The notes under the pieces are model-generated. The model made no database searches. It was given only the letters and a program-made list of their open reading frames with translations, and was not told the origin of the DNA. A program made the position numbers and the translations under genes. A stretch of 10,211 nt of DNA, taken from the IMG/VR virus record IMGVR_UViG_2531839265_000002; one strand, 5' to 3'. Positions 1 through 6,826 of the stretch are shown piece after piece; position 1 is the stretch's first letter, and each line of letters starts with the position of its first letter. This stretch comes from a virus (lineage: Duplodnaviria; Heunggongvirae; Uroviricota; Caudoviricetes).

Positions 1-91
1 GCAGAACATGCCGGACGGTCACGGTTTGCCCGTTCTGATATGCTGCTTCAATTTCTGCAGCGCCGGACGTTGTCAGAATCAGTCCATTCAT
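1..91 (-). CDS. Tail fibre protein, N-terminal fragment (P2 gpH-like N-terminus); gene continues beyond the window start
   Basis: ATG at 91..89 overlaps the gpI-like stop (ATGA). Translation MNGLILTTSGAAEIEAAYQNGQTVTVRHVL resembles the conserved N-terminus of P2 H-type fibres (..VITTAGAAKLAAA..). Position directly after V-W-J-I matches P2 gene order. Only 30 codons are visible. Confidence 0.5.
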   Translation of the reverse strand, partial: MNGLILTTSGAAEIEAAYQNGQTVTVRHVL

Positions 92-678
92 ACACCTGCC
101 TCACTCTGCCCGCCTGTGGGCACTGTCTTTGTTGTCACACCGGTACTTCTGATTTTTTCTGTCGCCATCACATAGCCGTAACCAAATCCACGCCCTGTGC
201 TGTTCCCGTAAACGTGAATACTGAACCAGCTGCGCAGATTTTTGGCACGGAGCACCGCATGCTTCAGATCCTGATGATCATTCATAAGCACCGGTAAATC
301 TTTCTGCTCCACGTTCAGACGGAAGGTATACGGCTCCCCGGGTGGGGTCTGCTCATACCACTCAACAATCTGCGACCGGAAGGGACTGTCAGCCAGCGAT
401 GCCATCAGCGCCGCTTTAGTCCCTCTGTGGCGGTGGATGTATGCAGCACGTTTTATCGCAGACCTTTTTTCCGCCTCCGTCCAGTGTTCATTCCAGGTGT
501 CCACCGCCATTTCCCAGGCCAGCCATGGCAGCAATTCAGCAGGACATAAATCGGGATTTTTCACATAGCGGATCAGACATACTGCGATTTCCGCCAGCAT
601 ATCACCGGCGGTACTGTCCACCACCCGCTCTGCCCGGCTGGTGCTGACAGGAAGTATGCTTCTGATTTTGTCATTCAT
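88..678 (-). CDS. I: Baseplate assembly protein, P2 gpI-like
   Basis: 196-aa ORF with ATG start and a GGTGGAG Shine-Dalgarno. Motif CPAELLPWLAWEMAVDTWNEHWTEAEKR matches P2 gpI (CPANLLPWLAWAFSVDRWDEKWPEATKR) from memory. Start overlaps the gpJ-like stop. Confidence 0.8.
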   Translation of the reverse strand: MNDKIRSILPVSTSRAERVVDSTAGDMLAEIAVCLIRYVKNPDLCPAELLPWLAWEMAVDTWNEHWTEAEKRSAIKRAAYIHRHRGTKAALMASLADSPFRSQIVEWYEQTPPGEPYTFRLNVEQKDLPVLMNDHQDLKHAVLRAKNLRSWFSIHVYGNSTGRGFGYGYVMATEKIRSTGVTTKTVPTGGQSEAGV

Positions 679-1585
679 CGGTTGTCTCCACCTTGTTCAG
701 CGTTACCTTACGGCACCACGGTGCCTGCCCCATCGCAGGAACGATATCACTGCCCGGAGAGGTCAGATTCACCGTAATCACCCCGGTCTGGTGAAGGGCA
801 CCATCCATGCCAGAACGGGATGCCACCGAGCCAATCCGGTGGACGCTGTCAGTGTATGACTGCAGCGCCTTGCGGGCATTTGCCATAACCAGTTCACCAT
901 CCAGTCCGTAGGGAATATGAATATCCGCCACCACATCGTAGGGAATAATTTCTGCCGTCCGGACACTGACAAAATCCGTCAGGGGACGGGTTTCATCATC
1001 ACAGACTGATGCTGCCACCTTATCCAGCAGGGGTTGTGGTGCAGTGCCATTTCCGGAGCGGGATAACACATAAAGAAAAACCCGGCCTTCCTGCGAATGC
1101 GTTTCCGGCCCGTAAGCCTTCACATCCAGCACATCAGGATCAGCACTTTGTGCAAAATAGTGATACGCATTTTTCGCGCCAGCGGTGCTGAGTCGTGCCC
1201 ATGACAACTGGATACGTTCGCGAAAAGCATCATCATCTTCATACACCGCAGGCGTGGGCGGGATGGTGCTGTCATCTGCCGGGGTAATCACCAGACGTTG
1301 CACCTGAAAATTCGCACCAATCTGATCCAGGTCGTTCCTCCGGGCGCTGGCAAGCAGTGCCCCCCGGACAGCATCATTGACCTGCTGGCGCATCAGCGCC
1401 ACGCGAAAAGCCAGTGCCTCTGCCCATTTATACGCCGGATCGGATTCCACCAGGGCCGAAAACAACGTGTCCAGCTCCTGATACTTCGCCACTATCTGAG
1501 TGACCAGCACAGCAGTGTCCGGCACCTCCACCGCATCCGGTACCGGTATCGCGGACAGATCAATGATTGCCTGAGACGTTGCCAA
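671..1585 (-). CDS. J: Baseplate wedge protein, P2 gpJ-like
   Basis: 304 aa, close to P2 gpJ (about 302 aa). N-terminus ..AIIDLSAIPVPDAVEV.. resembles P2 J (MPIIDLNQLPAPDVVEEL). Start is TTG at 1585 preceded by a strong GAGGAG Shine-Dalgarno; overlaps the gpW-like 3' end by 26 nt. Confidence 0.8.
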   Translation of the reverse strand: MATSQAIIDLSAIPVPDAVEVPDTAVLVTQIVAKYQELDTLFSALVESDPAYKWAEALAFRVALMRQQVNDAVRGALLASARRNDLDQIGANFQVQRLVITPADDSTIPPTPAVYEDDDAFRERIQLSWARLSTAGAKNAYHYFAQSADPDVLDVKAYGPETHSQEGRVFLYVLSRSGNGTAPQPLLDKVAASVCDDETRPLTDFVSVRTAEIIPYDVVADIHIPYGLDGELVMANARKALQSYTDSVHRIGSVASRSGMDGALHQTGVITVNLTSPGSDIVPAMGQAPWCRKVTLNKVETTDE

Positions 1586-1916
1586 TTTTTATCTCCTCGA
1601 GTCGAATCGTATCCTGTGTTTCGTTATTCACCCCGACAAGCGTCAGCCAGGCGCAGCCTTCTCCGGTCCACGTCACCTCCACCCGGCGAAGGGTCAGGCG
1701 GGGTTCCCAGCGTTCGAGGGCGGTTGCCGTTTCACGGACAATCCTCACCCGTGTGAAATCATCCTGTGGGTTATCAAGCAGACTGAAAAGTCTGCTGCCG
1801 TATTCCCTGAGCAGGACCCGGCTGCCGACCGGTGTTGACAAAATATCGGTGACGGACTGGCGCAGATGTTCGTTACCGTGCAGATATCTGCCGGTGGCTG
1901 AATCAATACCAATCAT
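1560..1916 (-). CDS. W: Baseplate protein, P2 gpW-like (gpW/T4 gp25 family)
   Basis: 118 aa with ATG start. Motifs ILSTPVGSRVLLREYGS and RLTLRRVEV resemble P2 gpW (ILRTPVGSRVMRRDYGS, RVTLSSVT). Sits between the V-like and J-like genes as in P2. Confidence 0.8.
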   Translation of the reverse strand: MIGIDSATGRYLHGNEHLRQSVTDILSTPVGSRVLLREYGSRLFSLLDNPQDDFTRVRIVRETATALERWEPRLTLRRVEVTWTGEGCAWLTLVGVNNETQDTIRLEEIKIGNVSGNH

Positions 1917-1949
1917 GTTGTTTATTCCGGAAAAAGAACTGAAAGGAGA

Positions 1950-2573
1950 TTACATTTGCTGACCAGGCTGTCCGGTGCTGCCACCACTGTCGCCCCGGTG
2001 ATTGTGACCGTTATAGACAATTCTGATTTGACTCATCGTTCCGTGATAATCAGAAACCTCACCACCGACCATCAGATCCGCCTTAACCACCACCTCAGCA
2101 TTCATGGTTGCTTTACCCTGTACAGTCAGGGTATCTGTGATTTCTACCGGACCGTCCAGGGTTCCCCTGCCGGTAATTTTATAGCTGCCGCCTTCAGCCA
2201 GCGTGATGGACAGGGCATTAGCCTGACGGTCGTAACGGATTTCCGTTCCGGTATCAAACAAAATAACATGTTCGTATTCACTGCCCTCAGGGACAGGAAT
2301 GGCGTCAATATTAGCCCCCGGATACACCCGACCGTTACGCAGATCGCCCGCCTCCGATATCACTGTAACGGCATCTCCGGGAGCCGGGTAATTACTGACC
2401 TGCATGTAGCGCCCGGACTGTACCTGAATCCAGGGCAACGGAGGCGAAAGCACATCCCCGATATCCACCCGAACCATAACCGGGCTACCCGGGATCACCT
2501 CGTCCACCACGCCGCGACGGACCATGTCCGCCACCCTGCGGCGTAACTCTGCCACTTCATCTGCCAGACTCAT
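1950..2573 (-). CDS. V: Baseplate spike/assembly protein, P2 gpV-like
   Basis: The track ORF (1950..2867) is open upstream, but homology to P2 gpV begins at an internal ATG at 2573 (MSLADEVAELRRRVADMVRRG..), giving 207 aa against 211 aa for P2 V. C-terminal motif HNHRGDSGGSTGQP matches P2 V HKHPGDSGGTTGSP. Start overlaps the upstream gene by 17 nt. Confidence 0.8.
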   Translation of the reverse strand: MSLADEVAELRRRVADMVRRGVVDEVIPGSPVMVRVDIGDVLSPPLPWIQVQSGRYMQVSNYPAPGDAVTVISEAGDLRNGRVYPGANIDAIPVPEGSEYEHVILFDTGTEIRYDRQANALSITLAEGGSYKITGRGTLDGPVEITDTLTVQGKATMNAEVVVKADLMVGGEVSDYHGTMSQIRIVYNGHNHRGDSGGSTGQPGQQM

Positions 2574-3120
2574 CACCGGTGCCCTCCGATTTCCAGATAA
2601 GACGATAATCCTGCTCATGTCTCTTGCCGGTTTCCGGTACTTTACCCAGCCAGACTTCCTGTAACGGCGCACCTGCCGGAACCGCAAACGGATCTTCGCC
2701 GACCGGAATGTCCTGTTCAAAAGAGACACGGAAAACGATGTAGTCGTCCAGCAGCCGGTCGAAGGTATCCACCTCAGCATCGATAAAAACCGCCGGATCA
2801 ACGTTATCCAGCCCGAACGTGGCTCCCTCAATCCAGTCAGATAAATCCATCGCCAGACAACGGACAAAAATCTGCGGTTTTGGCACGTTTTCCGTCTTCC
2901 CGGCCCGGTCTGTCACCACAAACAGATCACATTTCAGCGTGACCCGCGTTTGCCCGTCAGCAAACTGAGCCTTGTCCCAGCCCGGTACATCCACAAACAC
3001 AGCAGGCGTCACCAGTTGCGTCACTTTTTCCGGGTACTCATCGGCATCTTCCACCCAGGGAATTTGTTTCAGACTGTCAATCACCGCCTGATGCCAGGCG
3101 CCCATCATCAATGGCTCCAT
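2557..3120 (-). CDS. Hypothetical protein; by position a candidate tail terminator or tail completion protein
   Basis: 187-aa acidic ORF, tightly coupled on both sides (TGATG overlap with the Z-like stop; 17-nt overlap with V). I do not recognise the family. It occupies the slot of lambda gpU or P2 gpR/gpS between the connector genes and the baseplate genes. Confidence 0.5.
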   Translation of the reverse strand: MEPLMMGAWHQAVIDSLKQIPWVEDADEYPEKVTQLVTPAVFVDVPGWDKAQFADGQTRVTLKCDLFVVTDRAGKTENVPKPQIFVRCLAMDLSDWIEGATFGLDNVDPAVFIDAEVDTFDRLLDDYIVFRVSFEQDIPVGEDPFAVPAGAPLQEVWLGKVPETGKRHEQDYRLIWKSEGTGDESGR

Positions 3121-3842
3121 CACTCCAGCCCCTTAAATACCCGGAATTTCAGTTCATGCTCAAAATTTTTCAGGATCAGTGCTTCCGCATCCGGAAAAAC
3201 AAAATCCTCTATACGGTTCAGCATGGCTTCATAAATATCAATTTCCGCTTCACGCACCCTCCGTCGTCCGGATGCCTGTCGGATCAGTATCGTTTTCCTT
3301 TTTGATATACGTCCGTTACGATTTTCCGCTTCGAACTGATTGATAAAGGCATCATCCGTTGACCAGGTGGTGACAGGCAGGGATTCCCCGGCAGGTTTAA
3401 AACGGATCTCCCGTGCCTTCCTCCGGTGGGAAGCTGGTGCAAAACGCCCCCGCTCATCGCGCAACTGATGGCGTTCGCCACGTCGTCCCCCACTGATGCG
3501 TCCGCGCAGATCGCGTACTTTGATGGCGTTCAGACCGAACCATACCTTCGCCTCATCAAACTCATCACCGTTACGACAAATGATAAAATTATGCAGAACA
3601 CGCTTTTTGATCATTTTCTGACTGCGTGGGGCAACCTGTTTTTTAAACTCTGCCATAGACTTCATTCGCAGTGCAGACGCGGCTCTTTTCAGCGCCACGC
3701 CCCAGGCTTTACGGATCTGACTTTTTGACCCACCCAGTTTAGCGATAATTTTCAGCACCTCATCTTCATCAATATCGACGACGAGGTTTCGTGCCAGCCG
3801 TCGCTGCCGGGCACTGCTTCGTTCATGCTCTCTGACTGCCAT
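3120..3842 (-). CDS. Z: Tail completion protein, lambda gpZ-like (arginine-rich)
   Basis: The track ORF starts at TTG 3902; the first ATG is at 3842 (MAVREHERSS..), which I take as the start. Highly basic protein with an Arg-rich central segment; its C-terminal region loosely resembles lambda gpZ, and it follows the FII-like gene as Z does in lambda. Start choice and family are both uncertain. Confidence 0.5.
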   Translation of the reverse strand: MAVREHERSSARQRRLARNLVVDIDEDEVLKIIAKLGGSKSQIRKAWGVALKRAASALRMKSMAEFKKQVAPRSQKMIKKRVLHNFIICRNGDEFDEAKVWFGLNAIKVRDLRGRISGGRRGERHQLRDERGRFAPASHRRKAREIRFKPAGESLPVTTWSTDDAFINQFEAENRNGRISKRKTILIRQASGRRRVREAEIDIYEAMLNRIEDFVFPDAEALILKNFEHELKFRVFKGLE

Positions 3843-3994
3843 AACGTTTACTCGGTCGTTCCGGTGCAGCAGGTGTATTTCTCCCCGGCTCTCCACGCGC
3901 AAGGGTGATGGTAATCACCCCCTGACCCGCAGTGCCTGACTCATCCCAGCCGGGATCGACTACCTGATAGGGTTCGCCGTGGATCATGACCCTG

Positions 3995-4228
3995 TCATAT
4001 TTTTTTCAGACCGGCGGCCCATGTGCTCCGGGTAAATAACACGGGCGCAGTATCACGAATTTCGCCGCTGCCAGTGTTCATCCCGGTGTTATCTGCCGGG
4101 GCATCAAAAACGGCACGGATTCTTCTTTCCGTGCCGCCCGGATATATGCTGATTTCCGTCCCCATCGTATCCAGGATGATGTCATCCGCATCACTCATGG
4201 CCTGATCGAACAGATTATCGAACATCAT
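3995..4228 (-). CDS. FII: Head-tail joining protein, lambda gpFII-like, N-terminal part only (frame broken at an A7 run)
   Basis: MFDNLFDQAMSDADDIILDTMGTEISI..RAVFD..PVLFTRS resembles lambda FII (MADFDNLFDAAIARADETIRGYMGT..IRGVFD..SLFVRT). The in-frame ORF stops after 77 codons just past an A7 run (T7 on plus, 4000..4006). The conserved FII C-terminus (YDRVMIHGEPYQVVD..) continues in the +1 frame down to a stop at 3825..3823. Start taken as ATG 4228 overlapping the FI stop. Confidence 0.7.
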   Translation of the reverse strand: MMFDNLFDQAMSDADDIILDTMGTEISIYPGGTERRIRAVFDAPADNTGMNTGSGEIRDTAPVLFTRSTWAAGLKKI

Positions 4229-4593
4229 CACTCCCGGATTTTTTCTGCCAGACCGTCCGCCAGCAACGCAGGAACTGCGGCTTCATTAACCAGCACAACA
4301 CTGGAGGCCCGGGCAAACATCAACATTTTTCCCGTCACAGCATCACAGGCTGGCATATGCGCCGTTTTCAGCATACGCACCCGGGCGAGTCCCCGCTCAG
4401 AATGCATTCCGTCGCCGGATGCATCGTTGCCCACCTCTTCCTTCCCTGTCTCCTCCCCATCGAATCCGGCGGCCTCCTCTTCCCATTCCGCCAGGCGCTG
4501 CTCAAGATCGGCTTTTGAACCTGAAATATCTGCTTCACGCCCCAGAATAACTGCCAGCGCCTGAAGGCGTTCCGTCATCTGCTCTTTTGTCAT
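4228..4593 (-). CDS. FI: FI-like head assembly/DNA packaging accessory protein
   Basis: ATG at 4593 preceded by GGGAGAG. N-terminus MTKEQMTERLQALAVILGREADISGSKADLEQRLAEWEEE matches lambda FI (MTKDELIARLRSLGEQLNRDVSLTGTKEELALRVAELKEEL), followed by an acidic linker. In the raw sequence this ORF is read through from the frameshifted E gene. Confidence 0.75.
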   Translation of the reverse strand: MTKEQMTERLQALAVILGREADISGSKADLEQRLAEWEEEAAGFDGEETGKEEVGNDASGDGMHSERGLARVRMLKTAHMPACDAVTGKMLMFARASSVVLVNEAAVPALLADGLAEKIRE

Positions 4594-4611
4594 CAAATCT
4601 CTCCCGTGCGC

Positions 4612-4640
4612 TAAAGAAAAAGGCGGGAATATCCCGCCCC
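4612..4640 (-). terminator. Intrinsic-terminator-like hairpin plus U-tract just downstream of the major capsid gene
   Basis: On the transcribed strand: GGCGGGA-UAU-UCCCGCC (perfect 7-bp GC-rich stem) followed by UUUUUCUUU. It lies between the homology-defined E stop (4646..4644) and the FI start (4593). Confidence 0.5.
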
Positions 4641-4643
4641 GTC

Positions 4644-5673
4644 TTATTTCACCTGAACCACCACAAACGCATCCGGATCCGGCAGCACCATCAACGGCGC
4701 AGACTGCGTCATGGTATATTCGCAACCAGGATCCCCCCACTTCCTCCCAGTGTTTCGGATAACGAATCGCAGAGGTGATCCCTTCACTCAGTGCCTGATT
4801 ATCCTGAATGGCACCATAACAACGGACGCCTTCCGCCTGAGTGTTCCCCAGAATCAGTGTACCTTCCGGCAGATAACGCTGTTCATCCCCGTTTTCGTCA
4901 ACATACGTTGTCTTCGCCACCACAATTGCCAGATCGCCGTAATAACCTTTAAAGGAAACCACGGAGCCCAGGTCTTTCAGTGCCGTTTCCAGCTCAGATT
5001 TGGAGCCACGGCGGGTATCCAGTTTTTCACGGAACAGTTTAAAACCGTTCAGCATACGCCAGACCGTGCCGTCCATAATCGCGATATTGATGGTGCCGGA
5101 AGCGAAATCGCAGTACGCATCCAGATCATGCGTCGGATCGAAGGTGTCAGCATTCTGCTGTGACCATTCGCGTCCGCCAGCCTGCGTAATGTTATTGGCG
5201 GCAGAACGCCCAAAATCCACTTCCACCGTCTCAAACTGCTCGCCGCTCATGGTGTATTTACCCTGCAGAACGGCACTGACCGCCTGCATTTCTTCCACCT
5301 GCACAATCGCCTGCTCTTCCTGTTTCAGGTTGTCTGTCAGAATACGCAGACGGCGGTAAGCCGGGTCATTAAGGCGGGCCGGATCCTCTCCCGGAAGACG
5401 TTCCACTGCCTGCTGATAATCAAAGCGGTGTTTTGGTTTTACATAACCGGGACGTAACACGCGGGTTTCACCACCACGGCTGCGCAGCACTTTGCCTGAC
5501 ACCACCGGAGACACATACGCCGCGACCGGTGTTTTGCCGGTAATTTTATCCAGCATGACTTCCTGAGTATGGAAAGTGATCGTGCGACGAAAGAACAGCT
5601 CCAGAAACAGCGCACGAAATTTCACTTTCTGCTCGGTGTACCCGAGTAACTGACGCGTGGTAAATAACCCCAT
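4644..5673 (-). CDS. E: Major capsid protein, lambda gpE-like (frame broken by one extra base in a G6 run near the 3' end)
   Basis: ATG at 5673 with AAGGA Shine-Dalgarno. Strong similarity to lambda gpE across the protein (MGLFTTRQLLGYTEQKVKFRALFLELFF.. against MSMYTTAQLLAANEQKFKFDPLFLRLFF..; KPKH, AYRR, DTRRGS, LGNTQA motifs). After ..YPKHWEEVG the gpE-like C-terminus (DPGCEYTMTQSAPLMVLPDPDAFVVVQVK) is in the +1 frame and ends at TAA 4646..4644. As sequenced the ORF instead runs on to 4228, fused to FI. Confidence 0.85.
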
Positions 5674-5696
5674 AATTTATTTTCCTTCAGAAACAC

Positions 5697-5721
5697 AAAC
5701 GGGCCGCATCGCGACCCGTTT
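5697..5721 (-). promoter_or_regulatory. Stable RNA hairpin in the D-E intergenic region (possible attenuator or mRNA-stability element)
   Basis: Transcribed strand reads AAACGGGUCGC-GAU-GCGGCCCGUUU, an 11-bp stem with one G-U wobble and a 3-nt loop. It is followed by GUGUUUCUG, which is only a weak U-tract. Located 21 nt after the D stop and 24 nt before the E start. Confidence 0.3.
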
Positions 5722-5741
5722 TTCAGTTAATCACTTCACCA

Positions 5742-6077
5742 TCAGGCGTGGCTGATGGCACTTCCCACAAATGCGTTGGCTTTTTTCACCGCATCCACAG
5801 AGTCAGGCCAGACCAGCGACTCAGTGGCAAACGTACCGCTTTTGTAGTACGTCAGCATGGACTCAGTCCCGGTAAGCGCCAGAGCCAGCACGCCCACTGC
5901 CGTTCCGGCTTTCTGACCATCCCATGCCACCAGTTTACCGGTGGCGTCATCCAGCATCAGTGGCGTCAGTGCAGGCATGGCGGCACTGATACCACTGGTG
6001 GCTTTTGCGGTATGCGCCGGATCGTTTCCGGCAAAAATGTGCACATCCGCGCGCTTTTCCGTGGTGGTTTTAATCAT
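5742..6077 (-). CDS. D: Head decoration protein, lambda gpD-like
   Basis: 111 aa against 110 aa for lambda D. Motifs NDPAHTA, TPLMLD, KLVAWDG, YYKSGTF match lambda D (SDPAHTA, TPLMLD, KLVAWDG, FYKSGTF). ATG start with AGGAGG Shine-Dalgarno. Confidence 0.9.
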   Translation of the reverse strand: MIKTTTEKRADVHIFAGNDPAHTAKATSGISAAMPALTPLMLDDATGKLVAWDGQKAGTAVGVLALALTGTESMLTYYKSGTFATESLVWPDSVDAVKKANAFVGSAISHA

Positions 6078-6115
6078 TTTTCAGCCTCCTGATTTATCTG
6101 AATTCCGGATATCGC

Positions 6116-6826
6116 TTACGGCATACTCATCAGCAGGTCTTCCTCCCCGCGCCCGGCAGTTCCGCCACCGGAAACCGCACTGGCAGCATGCTGTGCCATA
6201 AAGCGATCAAAAAGTGTTTCCTGTGACGGTTGCGATGCCGCCGGCGCGGCTGCCAGTAGCGTTTTCGCCTGCGCCACCGTCATTCCCGGTTGTTCTGTCA
6301 GTGCCTGTGCAAGTTGCTCGCGCCCTTTTGCCTCCGGCAGCGCCATAATCTGATCGCCGACACTTGCAGAACCAGCAACCGGTGCCGCCGCCAGTAACGT
6401 TTTGGCCTGGTCAACGGTCATTCCCGGCTGTTCAGCCAGCGCCTGCGCGAGTTGTTCACGCCCTTTTGCTTCCGGTAACGCCATAATCTGATCGCCTGTG
6501 CCTGCAGCACCGGCAGCAGGGGCTGCCGCCAGAAACGCTTTCGCCTGCTTCACCGTCATCCCCGGCTGACCTGCCAGCATCTGTGCCAGTTGCTCACGCC
6601 CCTTTGCTTCCGGCAGCCCCATAATCTGATCACCTGTATTTGCCACACTGGCAGCAGGCACAGCAGCCAGGAACGCTTTCGCCTGCTCTACCGTCATTCC
6701 AGGCTGACCTGCCAGCATTTGCGCCAGTTGCTCGCGCCCTTTCGCCTCCTGACAATTCAGGATCCCCATCACGCGCTGATTTTCCTGGGCCACCGCTTCA
6801 GCAACGGTGAGATTTTTAACAGTCAT
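6116..6826 (-). CDS. nu3: Nu3-like scaffolding protein, nested in-frame within the 3' part of the C-like gene
   Basis: Internal ATG at 6826..6824 preceded at ideal spacing by AAGGAG (transcribed strand CGAAGGAGAATGCAATG). Translation MTVKNLTVAEAVAQENQRVMGILNCQEAKGRE.. parallels the lambda Nu3 region (..AAVAAENSRIMGILNCEEAHGRE..). In lambda, Nu3 is an in-frame internal initiation product of the C reading frame. Confidence 0.55.
   Translation of the reverse strand: MTVKNLTVAEAVAQENQRVMGILNCQEAKGREQLAQMLAGQPGMTVEQAKAFLAAVPAASVANTGDQIMGLPEAKGREQLAQMLAGQPGMTVKQAKAFLAAAPAAGAAGTGDQIMALPEAKGREQLAQALAEQPGMTVDQAKTLLAAAPVAGSASVGDQIMALPEAKGREQLAQALTEQPGMTVAQAKTLLAAAPAASQPSQETLFDRFMAQHAASAVSGGGTAGRGEEDLLMSMP

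Noticed and set aside
40-297. 85-aa plus-strand ORF at the window start
   Set aside because: Antisense to the gpI-like gene and the tail fibre start; no ribosome-binding site or homology.
1956-2546. 196-aa plus-strand ORF
   Set aside because: Lies entirely antisense to the well-supported gpV-like gene, has no recognisable ribosome-binding site or homology, and a low-complexity translation. Best explained as a chance open frame in GC-rich coding DNA.
3843-3902. TTG-initiated N-terminal extension of the Z-like ORF
   Set aside because: It overlaps the frame-shifted FII C-terminal coding region, and an ATG is available at 3842. I treat the extension as open frame only, though the true start remains uncertain.
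4228-5673. 481-aa ORF as a genuine capsid-FI fusion protein
   Set aside because: The gpE-like C-terminus with its own stop is present in the +1 frame, and the fusion linker is translated across a terminator-like hairpin and the FI ribosome-binding site. A one-base homopolymer insertion explains it more simply than an evolved fusion.
6241-6769. Tandem repeats as a possible CRISPR array or other non-coding repeat
   Set aside because: The repeats have a 138-bp period with no short conserved repeat-plus-unique-spacer structure, are in frame within a long ORF, and encode a repeated peptide homologous to the lambda Nu3 region. They are coding repeats.
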